Shown here: positions 47,255 to 58,328 of the stretch, in pieces
Numbering within the stretch: the stretch's first letter is position 1
Layout of the letters: each line of letters begins with the position of its first letter
DNA from: Fibrobacteria bacterium
GTDB taxonomy: Bacteria; Fibrobacterota; Chitinivibrionia; Chitinivibrionales; FEN-1185
Reading direction: 5' to 3'
NCBI GenBank assembly: GCA_037447435.1
Contig: JBBIGR010000010.1
Coordinates: 32,001 to 96,000, forward strand
DNA length: 64,000 bases
Program-made: the position numbers and the translations under genes
Notes under the pieces: generated by a model
What the model was told of the DNA's origin: nothing
Seen by the model: the letters and a program-made list of their open reading frames with translations, nothing else
The model's database searches: none

Positions 47255-47291
47255 ACGCATCCGCAATTGTCCGGAAAGCAATACTCAGAGT

Positions 47292-48863
47292 TTATTCATC
47301 CGTACAGCGCCCCGGTTTGAATTGGGACAAAAACGAAATAAGCGCGGAGAACATCGGTTTTAATTTATTCGGCAACACTTTTTCAACGCTGTGCATTAAA
47401 ACAAAATCTTCTTTTTCGAATGTGCCTAAAACCAATGCGCACACCAGATATACGAATGCTCCCGAAAGGCATGCTACGATAAATCCCCACACTTCTGGAA
47501 AATGCAGAATAACAAGTTCCATGACAATTCCCATTATTATCGTTGAAAAAAGGATTTTGAACAATGATGCGAACGGATAAGGCAATTTCATTGTCCTGCA
47601 CGTATAAAACAACCCGCCCACAGACGCGAAAATTGTCGTTATGCTGTAGGCAATCGCCGCACCCAGAGCACCGTGATGTTTGATGAGCAATATATCGAGC
47701 CCGATGTTGAGGATTGCCAGTACAATACCGTATTTGTAAATGAATGCCTGTTTTTCATACCCATACAATACTGCGGATGCCGGGTTTGCCAAACTTGAAA
47801 TGATTGAGGCGACAAAGATTATTTGCAAAACCCTCTGAGCCCCGAGAAATTCATGACCGTAAAGGTATAAAATTATTTGGTAGGCGAGAATGGTACCCGC
47901 AATACCCATCGGAAATGCCGCGAAGGCGAGATAACGGGTCGAAAGGAAAAACAATCGTTTCATTTTGTCCCTGTCGCCGGAGCCGAAATAATGCGACATT
48001 GCTGGGAATAATATCCGCCAAAACGAAAACGGCAGGAAGGAAACGAGCTTTTGGGCGATATTATACCCAAGATTGTAAAACCCTATTTGTTCTGAAACGC
48101 AAAGCCTTCCCAGAAAGAAATTCTCACTTTTATCCCAAACGATTTTATCGCAAACCAAAATTGCCATAACGCTTGTATTGTATTTGAATATCCTCTTCAT
48201 AATGCCTTTATCGAGTTTCCTGTTTAAGTTTCGAAGGGACAGTACCCCTTCTTTTGCAAGGACAAACCAGTAAAACCCGACATTGGCAAAAGAAAAAATC
48301 AGCATCACGATCAGCAACCCGATGATTCCTTTTCCCATCCATAATACGATTACTTTCGAAATAAACGAAAGGGGCGTCAGTATCAGGTTTGCATAAGTAA
48401 AGTATTCGAATTTTTGAATGCCGTCGATGGTCGACGAAAAAACGGCGGTGATCATTCCCGGCAAAATTCCGAGGAACGCGATAAGGAAAAAAATTGATTG
48501 CTTCGGCGTAAAGAAGTAATGCGAAATGTCGGTGCAAAAGAATATGAGAATGCCGGTGGTTACCAGCGAAAGAACTATTTCGATTTTCAACACGAACAGT
48601 ATGATCGGGGTCAATGCGTCAAGATCGTCACGGCCCTTGAATTCGGCAATGAATTTAGTGACTGCATGAGTAAGCCCCATTGCGATAAAAAAAGTAAAAG
48701 AATCGGTGAGCCATAAGACAAGATTGAAAATGCCGTAATTGGATGGTCCGAGTTGCCGAGCTACCCAGATGGAGATGACCCACCCGGTGATAAACATGAA
48801 TAACGTGTTGAATAAATTCAAAACGGAGTTTTTTATAAGCCGTGATGTGTTCAGGGTTGCCAT
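47292..48863 (-). CDS. Wzx-type polysaccharide flippase
   Basis: 'ARQLGPSNYGIF', 'IGFYN', 'GALGAAIA'; many TM helices. Confidence 0.88.
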   Translation of the reverse strand: MATLNTSRLIKNSVLNLFNTLFMFITGWVISIWVARQLGPSNYGIFNLVLWLTDSFTFFIAMGLTHAVTKFIAEFKGRDDLDALTPIILFVLKIEIVLSLVTTGILIFFCTDISHYFFTPKQSIFFLIAFLGILPGMITAVFSSTIDGIQKFEYFTYANLILTPLSFISKVIVLWMGKGIIGLLIVMLIFSFANVGFYWFVLAKEGVLSLRNLNRKLDKGIMKRIFKYNTSVMAILVCDKIVWDKSENFFLGRLCVSEQIGFYNLGYNIAQKLVSFLPFSFWRILFPAMSHYFGSGDRDKMKRLFFLSTRYLAFAAFPMGIAGTILAYQIILYLYGHEFLGAQRVLQIIFVASIISSLANPASAVLYGYEKQAFIYKYGIVLAILNIGLDILLIKHHGALGAAIAYSITTIFASVGGLFYTCRTMKLPYPFASLFKILFSTIIMGIVMELVILHFPEVWGFIVACLSGAFVYLVCALVLGTFEKEDFVLMHSVEKVLPNKLKPMFSALISFLSQFKPGRCTDE

Positions 48864-48872
48864 ATAATAATA

Positions 48873-50096
48873 TTATGCGTTAAGATCCTTGTTCGTTTGA
48901 GAGTTATACCAATCCGAGGCCAGCTTACAAACTATCGCCTGGTCATATTTGATTTTAATCGTTTCCCTCGCGGCATGGCGCAGTTTATCCCGCAGAGAAG
49001 GATTTTTTAAAATCCGGTAAAGTGCTTGAGCCAAGTCATCGCTGTTTTGGGATTCAAAAAGGATGCCGTCATGTTCATGTGTGATCATTTCAGGGAATCC
49101 GCCGCATCGGGATGCCACTGCCACGCATCCGCAGGCCATGGCCTCCAAGCAGCTGTATGCCAAATTTTCCCATAAAGACGGAAAAATAGCCACCTCGGAT
49201 TGTAATAAAAATGTTTTAATGGATTGGTGATCGGTTCCGCGTATCCATTCGATATTCTTTGATAAATCGAATTTTTCAATTAAATCCTGAATATAGATCG
49301 CATAATCCTTATCGCCTATGGAGCCGAACGGTCTGCCGATTAATCGCAATTTGGGCGGTTTTTCGGAGGCATTCAATTTGGCATATGCTTCAATGAGAAC
49401 ATGAATACCTTTGCGATATTCGATTCTACCCGTATAAATCCAATCGGAACCGTTGGTTAACTCATACTCATCGGTACAAATTGGATTGGGAAAGACCTCG
49501 ATATGTTTAACACGCCATTGTTCCTTTACAAATTCAGCAAGTGCCCGGGTGGGGCAGGAAACGCCCCGACAGAATCCGACGGATTGTTTCTCCATAAAAG
49601 ACAACAGTCGATTTTCGACCGGATTTTCTTCCGTTTTGTTAAGCGATGAAACGAGTTCCCACGGCGTATGCAAGCGGGCTAGGAAAATCGTTTTGCGTGT
49701 TTTTTTTAATTTCCTGAAATAAAATCCTTCCGCCCCGCATTCCGGGAATTCAACGATATCGAATTCGCCGATGTCTTTTTGCAGCGACAAATATGTAAAG
49801 AATACTTGCCTCGACCAAGCAAGTCGAACCAGGCTATGAGGCAACAAGCGCCGGCATATTTTACGAAACAAGAAAAAAAACTTATGTGAAGGCAAAGGAT
49901 ATTCGCCCGAAGAAATACGATGGATTTGAACCGGTCCGTCTAATTGCAATCGAGGAATATTATCTATACTGCGGGCAACGACATGGACTTCATTGCCCAG
50001 TAAGGCCATTCCCCTGGCCATGGATCGGCAATAGGTACCGATGCCGCCAAAACCGGTCTCGGGAGGGTATTCATTTGATATGTAAAGAATTCGCAT
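48873..50096 (-). CDS. GT4 glycosyltransferase
   Basis: 'EYPP..GFGGIGTY', 'GRIEYRKG', 'PSLWEN.....LEAMACG'. Confidence 0.9.
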   Translation of the reverse strand: MRILYISNEYPPETGFGGIGTYCRSMARGMALLGNEVHVVARSIDNIPRLQLDGPVQIHRISSGEYPLPSHKFFFLFRKICRRLLPHSLVRLAWSRQVFFTYLSLQKDIGEFDIVEFPECGAEGFYFRKLKKTRKTIFLARLHTPWELVSSLNKTEENPVENRLLSFMEKQSVGFCRGVSCPTRALAEFVKEQWRVKHIEVFPNPICTDEYELTNGSDWIYTGRIEYRKGIHVLIEAYAKLNASEKPPKLRLIGRPFGSIGDKDYAIYIQDLIEKFDLSKNIEWIRGTDHQSIKTFLLQSEVAIFPSLWENLAYSCLEAMACGCVAVASRCGGFPEMITHEHDGILFESQNSDDLAQALYRILKNPSLRDKLRHAARETIKIKYDQAIVCKLASDWYNSQTNKDLNA

Positions 50097-51310
50097 TAGA
50101 TCATTTGTCCGGCAAACGTTTCGATTATCGAGGTATAAAACTCGATGGTGTTTTTTGCAATCAAGGCCGGGTCATGATTTTCCTTGATATAGTTATAGGC
50201 CGTATTGGCATACGACATCCCTTTATCGGGAGTTTCCAGGTATTTTCGGATGCAGGATGAAATGCCGTTTTCATCGCCGATATCGAATAAAAGCCCGTTT
50301 TCACCGTTGGAAATGAGTTCCGCGATACCGCTGGTATTTGCAGCAACCACCGGAGTGTGGGAAGCCATAGCTTCAAGCAAGGCATACGGAGCGTTTTCAA
50401 ACAAAGAGGGCATGAGGAATATATCCGATTGCCGGTATAAAACCGGCAAATCACCTCGCTTTGTCGGCCCTAAAAACCAAATCCTATGTCGCTCTTCTTC
50501 CGTCAATTTACGTTCAATCGGATTTCTGAAATTTCCCGCATCGCCCATATCGAGCTCTCCGGCAAAAGTAAGGTTTATCAAAGGAGAAATGTTCAAAATC
50601 CGTTCAATATTTCCGAGCATGATTTCACCGCCTTTTCTTCTTTCAAGGCGGCCCGTGAACAGGATGTCGACCGAAGATTTTGTCAAAGCCGAACGCTTAA
50701 CGGCCTCGTATGGCGCCGTATCGAGGGGATGGCCGATGACCCGCACTTTATCCGGACCGATGCCGTATCGTTTGCAAACCATGGTCTTCAATGCGTTGCT
50801 GGGGCATCTGAAACCGGCGGCTTTTTTCAAGGCTTTTTCCTCAAAAGCATACCATCTTTTTTGTTTACCGGTGATTTTTTTCTGATTGAATAAATCGACC
50901 ATTTCCGTCGGAGTATGAAAATGAATTATTACGGGGAACGGCATAGGTTGCGAAAACTCATACGCCAGGCCGTTATAATCCGCAATTTCAACAATATCGA
51001 CCGGAGACGTTTTATGTATTTCCAAAACCGCATGTTTGGCTGCCAGGGAATACCCGCGTTCCCAAACGATTTCATTCATTAACAGACGGTCGAGCCAGGT
51101 TGCAAAACGTGGAACAGGTTCATGAGTAAATGTATGAAACCTAACGGCATCATGTAAAGCGTCCGGGACGGTATTGTGCTTGGCCAAAACATGAACCGAA
51201 TGTCCCGCGTCTGCAAGCGCATTTGCCATGCAATACGTATACGTCGCTATACCGCCGTGGTCTAAAAATGATCGGGATGGAAATTCAGGATTTATCAAAA
51301 CGATATTCAT
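50096..51310 (-). CDS. GT4 glycosyltransferase
   Basis: 'GGIATY', 'GRLERRKG', 'PSLFENAPYALLEAMA'. Confidence 0.9.
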   Translation of the reverse strand: MNIVLINPEFPSRSFLDHGGIATYTYCMANALADAGHSVHVLAKHNTVPDALHDAVRFHTFTHEPVPRFATWLDRLLMNEIVWERGYSLAAKHAVLEIHKTSPVDIVEIADYNGLAYEFSQPMPFPVIIHFHTPTEMVDLFNQKKITGKQKRWYAFEEKALKKAAGFRCPSNALKTMVCKRYGIGPDKVRVIGHPLDTAPYEAVKRSALTKSSVDILFTGRLERRKGGEIMLGNIERILNISPLINLTFAGELDMGDAGNFRNPIERKLTEEERHRIWFLGPTKRGDLPVLYRQSDIFLMPSLFENAPYALLEAMASHTPVVAANTSGIAELISNGENGLLFDIGDENGISSCIRKYLETPDKGMSYANTAYNYIKENHDPALIAKNTIEFYTSIIETFAGQMI

Positions 51311-51483
51311 AATTTGTTTATGGCAATATTTGGTTGAAGATAAAAAAACGCTATTTTCGCACTTTGCAATTAAAAAACGGATTCGGAAAACGTACCGATT
51401 TTATTATATCGTTCGGGGTTGTTAAAATACAGGGTAAAAACAAAAAAGTAGGCATCAAATAATTGTTCTTTGTTGCGGGCAGT

Positions 51484-52515
51484 TCAGGACAATACGATAG
51501 GAATACGGGTTTTACATCGAACACATGATGCAATCCCGCTTTCCCGAGAAATTGCTAAATTGGAATCTGATGTAACCGAATAGCCGTCGCGACGTATGAG
51601 TATTGCTTTGCAGTTATGACAATAGGTTTCGCTCTCCGATTGCCCCGGCACATTGCCGATGTACACATAGTGCAATTGCGATTCCGCTATTTTTTTCGCC
51701 ATGGCTAAAGAATCGAAAGAAGTCGGCGGAACTTGCAATTTGTAGCGGGGAAAATATCTCGAAAAATGAAGCGGCGTATCTTTCCCGAGGTTTTGCGCTA
51801 TGAATTCCGTAAGGCGATGTATTTCTTCCTCAGTATCGTTTTCACCGGGAATGAGTAATGTCGTGATTTCAAGATGACATTTTTTTTTAGCGCGTATGCA
51901 TGTTTGCAGAACCGGATCCAACGATCCTTTGCATAAACGATGATAAAATTCGGGGTTCATTGATTTAATATCGATATTCATTGCATCGACATACTCAAGT
52001 AATTGTTCGAGTGGTTTATCTTCCATAAAACCGTTCGTAACCATGACATTTTTAAGCCCTCGGGATTTTATTCGGGGAGCGATGTCCATGATGGATTCGA
52101 ACCAGGTGTAGGGTTCCGAGTAGGTGTAGGCTATGCCGATGCTGCCGCTTTCTGCCGTCTCGTCGACAATCGATTCTATCGTATGTTCTCTGCCGGTAAT
52201 TAAGTGCTGCGAAATATCGCAGTTTTGACAAAACGAACACTTAAAAGTACAACCGCTCGGACCAAGCGAGTAAATCGTTGATCCGGGGTAAAAATGGAAC
52301 AACGGTTTTTTTTCAATGGGATCAACGGCAATTGAAACAGGACGTAAATAGGTAAGAGCGTAAAGCTTGCCGCCGATGTTTTTCCGTGCAAGGCAAATTC
52401 CGGATTTTCCGTCTGTCAAAATGCAGTGATGCGGGCACAAATCGCAACGGAGCTTTTTTCCGTTGTGAGAAAGTACCGTATAATATGACGCTTCATGAAA
52501 CTGCTGGGGCTCCAT
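51484..52515 (-). CDS. amrS: AmmeMemoRadiSam system radical SAM enzyme
   Basis: 'CDLCPHHC...G.C', 'DPIEKKPLFHFYPG', 'GCTFKCSFCQN', 'HFSRYFP', 'YVYIGN'. Confidence 0.9.
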   Translation of the reverse strand: MEPQQFHEASYYTVLSHNGKKLRCDLCPHHCILTDGKSGICLARKNIGGKLYALTYLRPVSIAVDPIEKKPLFHFYPGSTIYSLGPSGCTFKCSFCQNCDISQHLITGREHTIESIVDETAESGSIGIAYTYSEPYTWFESIMDIAPRIKSRGLKNVMVTNGFMEDKPLEQLLEYVDAMNIDIKSMNPEFYHRLCKGSLDPVLQTCIRAKKKCHLEITTLLIPGENDTEEEIHRLTEFIAQNLGKDTPLHFSRYFPRYKLQVPPTSFDSLAMAKKIAESQLHYVYIGNVPGQSESETYCHNCKAILIRRDGYSVTSDSNLAISRESGIASCVRCKTRIPIVLS

Positions 52516-53176
52516 ATTTTGTCCTCACGCCGATGCGTTTACAATAGGAAAAAATCGGGCATCGATCGCAGTGCGGGTTGATCGGCAAACAGGTATGCTG
52601 CCCGAATGATACAAAATATGAATTAAACATTCGCCAAAGGTCAACAGGTAAAATTTCGCGCAAACGCATTTCGGTTTCAAAAGGAGTTTTCGTTTCAACA
52701 TATCCCAAACGGTTACTGATCCGATGCACATGGATATCGACGCAAATGGCCGGCAAGCCAAAAGCGATGGCGACAACCAGATTTGCGGTTTTTCTTCCAA
52801 CGCCCGGCAATAGAATCAATTCTTCGACGGTATGCGGGATTTTGCCATTAAATAAATCCTTAAGCGACTGCGGCAATTGCTTAAGCATCCGTGCTTTGTT
52901 ATGGTAAAAGCCGACGGGGAATATCAGTTTTTCAAGGGTTTTCACATCGATAGCTTCGAGGTCTTGTATTGTTTCCACTCGTGAAAACAATCGCTTTGCA
53001 GCCTGGGAGGTTGTTTCATCTTTTGTGCGTGCGCTCAGGATTGTCGTCACAAGGACTTTAAAAGGATCCTTTGTTTGGACCTCGATTATGTCAACGACAG
53101 GCATTCTGTATTTAGAAAATTCCTTGGATAAAATGCTGCAAATTTTGCTGATGTGCGTATTGGTTTTATTGTTCAT
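52493..53176 (-). CDS. nth: Endonuclease III
   Basis: HhH 'LPGVGRKTAN', 'VDIHVHRISNRLG', FeS 'C.P..P.C..CP....C'. Confidence 0.94.
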   Translation of the reverse strand: MNNKTNTHISKICSILSKEFSKYRMPVVDIIEVQTKDPFKVLVTTILSARTKDETTSQAAKRLFSRVETIQDLEAIDVKTLEKLIFPVGFYHNKARMLKQLPQSLKDLFNGKIPHTVEELILLPGVGRKTANLVVAIAFGLPAICVDIHVHRISNRLGYVETKTPFETEMRLREILPVDLWRMFNSYFVSFGQHTCLPINPHCDRCPIFSYCKRIGVRTKYGAPAVS

Positions 53177-53199
53177 AGCAGGCTGGGAAATAAAGAGAT

Positions 53200-54555
53200 T
53201 TAAAAGCCGTCCATCATATTTGAATTTGTCAAATAATTCGAGGGAAGTGCCTTTGAAATTGAAACAGTATTGTTTACCAATAAGTTTTCTTGTATCGGTT
53301 TTGTTTTAATGATCAATTTGCCCAAAGGATCGGTAATAATGCTTACGATCGGTTTTGCAAAATGTTCTTTGTTTGCCTGAACGACTTTACCGATCCTGCC
53401 GTCGCTGAGCATGACCAAACTTCCGACAGGATATAATGAGCTGTACTCTAAAAAAGCCTTTACGTATTCACCGGGAATTAATCCGGTTTTCGACATTTTT
53501 ATGAGCCGTAACGCCCCTTCATGAGGGATAAAGGCTTCACGATGACTTCTCGGTGATGTAAGTGCCTCAAAAACATCGGCGATTTGCGTTAGTTTAGCGA
53601 AACGATGGATGAGCAGACTGCTTCTTTGCTTTGGATATCCTGTTGCATTTTCACGTTCATGGACCTGATAAGCGACAAAGGGGATGCCTTCCGGCAGCCT
53701 GACGATTTTTTCAAGAAGGTGAAGCCCTAAAATCGGATGTTTCTGAATTTCGAACCATTCATGATTGTTAAGTCTGCCGTCTTTTGTTCTTAATTCAAAA
53801 GGGAGCAGCAGCATTCCGATGTCATGCAATAGTGCACCCATTCCGATTTCGATGATTTGTTTTTCATTGTATCCGCTTGATGCAGCGATATTTATGGCCA
53901 GTAAACAGACATTCAAGGAATGACTATAAATGTATTCCTTGCCATGCGGTTTCGCACCAGACAAATTGAGTAAAATATTTCGGTCGGTAATGAAAATTTT
54001 GACAAATCGTTCAACGATATTCCGGATGGATGTTCCATCGGTCGTACCGCCGAAGGCGAGTTGGTTTAAAACGGTCTCGACATCTTTGAGCGCCGTCGTA
54101 TACGAGGTGGAAACATTGGTTTTATACTCATCGGTACGCTGTTCAACGGTGAGTTGCGTCAGTTTGTTTTTCAAGGCAGGACCAAGAGGACGGTCGGCCG
54201 ATTTTCCGAGTTGTTTGTCAAGAGCCAGGGCTTGTTCGGAAATCAAAAGCTTTTGCAACGGCATGGTATTGATCGTGGGTCTTCGTATCGGCGGCGGGGT
54301 AATATTTTCTATCTGTTCGTCTATATCGACGTCTCCGAGGGATTTGAATTCTTTTGTCAATAACGAGCTAAGTTCTTCATCTTCCGAAGAAGGTTTAATG
54401 AAAAGTTCGAAAATGTTCCTTCGTGCAAATGTGTCAAGATGGCTTTGCGATATCGATAGGCCTTTAGAAATAAGCAAATCGCCTTTTTCCGAATAATAAT
54501 TACACCGTGCAGTTGTACCGACCGCAAGGGATTTTACAGTTACAGCATTCATCAT
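53200..54555 (-). CDS. HD-GYP domain phosphodiesterase
   Basis: 'HSLNV', 'LLHDIG', 'HP..G', 'HERENATGYP', 'ADVFEALTSPR'. Confidence 0.88.
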   Translation of the reverse strand: MMNAVTVKSLAVGTTARCNYYSEKGDLLISKGLSISQSHLDTFARRNIFELFIKPSSEDEELSSLLTKEFKSLGDVDIDEQIENITPPPIRRPTINTMPLQKLLISEQALALDKQLGKSADRPLGPALKNKLTQLTVEQRTDEYKTNVSTSYTTALKDVETVLNQLAFGGTTDGTSIRNIVERFVKIFITDRNILLNLSGAKPHGKEYIYSHSLNVCLLAINIAASSGYNEKQIIEIGMGALLHDIGMLLLPFELRTKDGRLNNHEWFEIQKHPILGLHLLEKIVRLPEGIPFVAYQVHERENATGYPKQRSSLLIHRFAKLTQIADVFEALTSPRSHREAFIPHEGALRLIKMSKTGLIPGEYVKAFLEYSSLYPVGSLVMLSDGRIGKVVQANKEHFAKPIVSIITDPLGKLIIKTKPIQENLLVNNTVSISKALPSNYLTNSNMMDGF

Positions 54556-54648
54556 AGTTGGTTTAGTCTGATTGTTGTTGTTCGGAACAAACGCGCTTCG
54601 TAATTATTATAGTTTGTTTCAATCATTCATTGCAACGCTTTATCTGCT

Positions 54649-55368
54649 TTAAAGCGTTTCGGGATTTGGATTGTTACTGCTATCGCCTAAAAGTACCGTG
54701 CGGCTCGCCGGACCGCAATTAAATATCAAATCGACTGTAGACAAGTCGGGAATAAAATCCTGGGGCGTTTTTGCCCAATGCTGGGTATAAACCGGGGGAG
54801 TGTTGTCGATAAGACGTATTTCAATTCCCGCCTTTTCGAAAAGCTCTTTGTCGAGAAACCCTTGTTCGTATGGATCTGCAAAATAGGTTTTAGCCCTAAA
54901 GTGTTTGCAAATATTAACGAGGCGTTCGGAACCCGTACCCTTAAAATTATAGTCCGATGTTTTGAAAATTTCCGGTTTTATACCTAATATTTCTGCTAAT
55001 AAAATAACCGAATCCATGTTTATCCGGTCGATAGTACTGCAAGGAACGCAAAATAATTCAGCGAATAACGGGATATATTGTTTGTAAAATTTGGTTGCTC
55101 CATAGCAGGCCTCGAGAGAATGCAAGTGGTCGTGTTGCCATTGAGCGCCGAAGTCTATTTGCACTTCGTTAATTTTCTGAGGGAACGAATAAAAATTCGG
55201 TATGCTGAGCCACTGAAAACCGTTTGCGTTTCGAATTCTGTTACGATGCTGCCAGTCATTTTTTTCAAATTGGACATCATTCAGAAAAACAAAGCAATCA
55301 ACTTGGGCCATTTTAATAAAGTACCACGGCGAAGGCAGATAATACGGCTGTTGTATTGCAATTTTCAT
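54649..55368 (-). CDS. WbqC-family protein
   Basis: 'IQQPYYLP', 'DVQFEK..WQHRNRI', 'Y.Q....FIPDLS.VDLIFNCGP'. Confidence 0.9.
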   Translation of the reverse strand: MKIAIQQPYYLPSPWYFIKMAQVDCFVFLNDVQFEKNDWQHRNRIRNANGFQWLSIPNFYSFPQKINEVQIDFGAQWQHDHLHSLEACYGATKFYKQYIPLFAELFCVPCSTIDRINMDSVILLAEILGIKPEIFKTSDYNFKGTGSERLVNICKHFRAKTYFADPYEQGFLDKELFEKAGIEIRLIDNTPPVYTQHWAKTPQDFIPDLSTVDLIFNCGPASRTVLLGDSSNNPNPETL

Positions 55369-55553
55369 TTTTTAACACTCAATGTAACAATTAAAGAGTA
55401 AAATTTTCAATTCCGTGCATGGCTACCGGAAGTTCTTTTGGTGATTATATCTGCGCGTTTCGCATATATAGCTACTAAACCATTGCCTTTTATAATAATA
55501 AAAAAATATATTTGATGCGTCTTATACTTGGCAGCTCATTAGGATTATCAATA

Positions 55554-56978
55554 ATGGTTTTTTCGTCACCGATATTTATTTTCGGCTTTTTTCCGGTATT
55601 CTTCCTCTTATACTTCATAACTCCGTCCAAATATAAAAACCTTACGGCATTATCGGGAAGCATTGTCTACTATTTTTGGGGTGCCCCGATGTTTGTTTTT
55701 GTCATTGCAGCTTCTCTTGTTTTAGACTGGACCTTGGGCAACGGCATTTACAAAAATCCCCGTAAAGGTACGCGCAAATTGTTTCTCACCAGTGCCATTA
55801 TTTCAAATGTCGGCATGCTCGCTTATTTCAAATATTCCAATTTTTTTGTGGAAAATGCATTCCATGCAATGGATTCGCTTGGGATGCATCATGGCACTTG
55901 GGCCACGGTTGCGTTGCCGATCGGCATTTCTTTCGTCGTTTTCGAAAAAATCACTTACTTGGTTGATATTTATAGAAGAGAGTCGGCGCCAGCTCAAAAA
56001 CTTGAACATTATTTTCTTTATATTTTCCTGTTTCCCCATTTAGTTGCAGGCCCCATTATTCAATATCATGATCTAGCTCCCAAATTATTATACCGAGTAC
56101 ACGATTACGCAGGATTTAAGCAGGGAATGTTCCGCTTTTCAAAAGGACTCATTAAAAAGGTTTGGATAGCAGATCTTGTCGCAACCGCGGCCGATTCCGT
56201 ATTTGCATTTCCCCCTTCGCAAATGTCTCTTTCGACGGCGTGGCTCGGAATCATTGCATATTCATTGCAAATATATTTTGATTTTTCAGGGTATGCCGAT
56301 ATGGCCATCGGTATGATGCGGTTGATGGGCTTTACAATACCGGAAAACTTCGATACGCCGTATATTTCCCAAAGCATTACCGAATTTTGGCGTCGATGGC
56401 ATATGTCGCTTGGGCGATGGATGAAAGCGTATTTGTATATTCCCCTGGGTGGGAACCGGGTTTCACTTTTCCATTCGTATATTAATCTTGTCATTGTTTT
56501 TACTATCAGCGGAATTTGGCATGGTGCGAATTGGACCTTTTTAATTTGGGGAATTTATCACGGCTGTTTTCTGGTTTTAGACCGGTTGGCTTGGTTGAAA
56601 ATCTCAAAAAAAATTCCTTCATGGATTTGTATCATTGCAACTTTTGTCACCGTAAGTTTGGGATGGGTTTTATTCCGGTCACCGACATTGAGTTACGCCG
56701 TTGGGTTTTATTCGACGATGTTCGATCTGCACCGGATTGCTGTTTTTCACCCTGAAGCAGCTTTAATCATAAGACCGCAGATCTGGTTCGCCTTTTTTGT
56801 CGGCATACTTGTTGTTTTGTATCCGTTATATAAGATTTGGCTGATTAAATCGTTTGAACACTTGGCTAGCCGGATGAACGGTTTTTCCTATGAATATGCA
56901 ACGCTCATTTTCTTATTACTTGCCTTGTCCCGAGTCGCAGTTTCTCAATTTAGTCCGTTTATTTACTTTCGGTTTTAA
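55554..56978 (+). CDS. MBOAT O-acyltransferase, AlgI/PatA-like
   Basis: 'MVFSS..F', 'LPIGISF', 'AGPI', 'QIYFDFSGY', 'FWRRWH', 'GIWHGA', 'FIYFRF'. Confidence 0.93.
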   Translation: MVFSSPIFIFGFFPVFFLLYFITPSKYKNLTALSGSIVYYFWGAPMFVFVIAASLVLDWTLGNGIYKNPRKGTRKLFLTSAIISNVGMLAYFKYSNFFVENAFHAMDSLGMHHGTWATVALPIGISFVVFEKITYLVDIYRRESAPAQKLEHYFLYIFLFPHLVAGPIIQYHDLAPKLLYRVHDYAGFKQGMFRFSKGLIKKVWIADLVATAADSVFAFPPSQMSLSTAWLGIIAYSLQIYFDFSGYADMAIGMMRLMGFTIPENFDTPYISQSITEFWRRWHMSLGRWMKAYLYIPLGGNRVSLFHSYINLVIVFTISGIWHGANWTFLIWGIYHGCFLVLDRLAWLKISKKIPSWICIIATFVTVSLGWVLFRSPTLSYAVGFYSTMFDLHRIAVFHPEAALIIRPQIWFAFFVGILVVLYPLYKIWLIKSFEHLASRMNGFSYEYATLIFLLLALSRVAVSQFSPFIYFRF

Positions 56979-56989
56979 TAGGAATTATC

Positions 56990-58186
56990 ATGAAAACGCC
57001 AAGAAAATTGTATTTTGTTCTCCTTGCGATTTTCTTTGTGTTACCGCTCATACAAATGCAGTGTAGAATAATTCCTATGCCTTCGCTCAAGGGTGTGCAA
57101 CGTCCGTTGGAAATTCCGCCCATATCCATTCACTCGGTTTCAAGAGGCGAATTTCAAAAGGCGATCGAATCGTGGTTTGCACGGAATTTCGGATTGCGGG
57201 AATTATGGATTCGCTTTCACAATCAATTATTGTATTCTTTTCTTAGAACAACGCCGCTCGAAAGTACAATCGATGTCGGAAAGGGGCGGCAACTTTTCGA
57301 AAAAAATTATTGTGAATATTATTTGGGTATGACAAAACCCGATATCGACAGTCTTCCGTTCTATATAAAGCGCCTGCAACACTTACAAAAACTGCTCGAA
57401 GCCAGAAACATTCCCTTAATCATGTGCTTTTCTCCGAGTAAAGCAGCGATGTATCCTCAGGATATTCCGGCTTGTTACGAGGCTCAACGCCGGGAAACGA
57501 GCACCGGATATCAGCAAATGCTGGAGTTGTTGCAAAAAAATAAAATACCGTATGTCGACGGTCCGGGACTGTTAAATGCGGGCAAAAAGGATGTTTCCGC
57601 TCCCTTAATGGCGCGGTGTTCCAGCCATTGGAACAATTACGGGGCGTTTTACAGTTGCGATAGATTCATAACGGTTGCGGAAAGTTTGACCAATTCATCC
57701 CTGGGACATCCGATTATTAAAAACGTAATCATAAACCACATTCCTCCAAGCTACGACAGGGAATTGGCAGATCTCATGAATGTCATATGGGTGCCGTGGG
57801 ATTATCGCATCATTCATACGACGTTTGGCAATTCCGATTCGACGGGAGTAAAGCATAAACCGAGACTTTTAATCGAGGGCGGCAGTTTTAACTGGGCATG
57901 GCTGGATGTCATGTTTTCAAGTAAATGCATTACAAGCGCCGATTTCTATTATTACTATTCAAAATCCTATGGCCAGCATTTTTTCCATGATTCATTGCAT
58001 GATAATATTAAATTGGATCCTAAAATCGACTGGGCTAAAGCGGTGTCGGATATTGATATTGTAGTCATAGAAATCAATCAAAGCCTCATGCATATGTTTC
58101 CCAAGGAATTTGTTGAAGAATTTACCAATTACCTCGAAGAAAATCAAAACCCGATGAATGGGAAATCATCTCGGTTGCAAGGATAG
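56990..58186 (+). CDS. AlgJ/AlgX-like periplasmic SGNH acetyltransferase
   Basis: N-terminal TM; 'FGLR', 'PSKA..YP', 'HWNNYGA', 'GGSF'; directly follows the algI-like gene. Confidence 0.75.
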   Translation: MKTPRKLYFVLLAIFFVLPLIQMQCRIIPMPSLKGVQRPLEIPPISIHSVSRGEFQKAIESWFARNFGLRELWIRFHNQLLYSFLRTTPLESTIDVGKGRQLFEKNYCEYYLGMTKPDIDSLPFYIKRLQHLQKLLEARNIPLIMCFSPSKAAMYPQDIPACYEAQRRETSTGYQQMLELLQKNKIPYVDGPGLLNAGKKDVSAPLMARCSSHWNNYGAFYSCDRFITVAESLTNSSLGHPIIKNVIINHIPPSYDRELADLMNVIWVPWDYRIIHTTFGNSDSTGVKHKPRLLIEGGSFNWAWLDVMFSSKCITSADFYYYYSKSYGQHFFHDSLHDNIKLDPKIDWAKAVSDIDIVVIEINQSLMHMFPKEFVEEFTNYLEENQNPMNGKSSRLQG

Positions 58187-58328
58187 GGGCACTGTCCGGA
58201 TTATTATTTTGTTTTTTTCACGAATAAGCATTATTTTTTTATTCGGTACATACATCGATCCATACGCATGTCGCTCGTTTTGAAACGTTTCATAATTCCA
58301 CTATTAACCTACAATAAGGGAGGAATTG

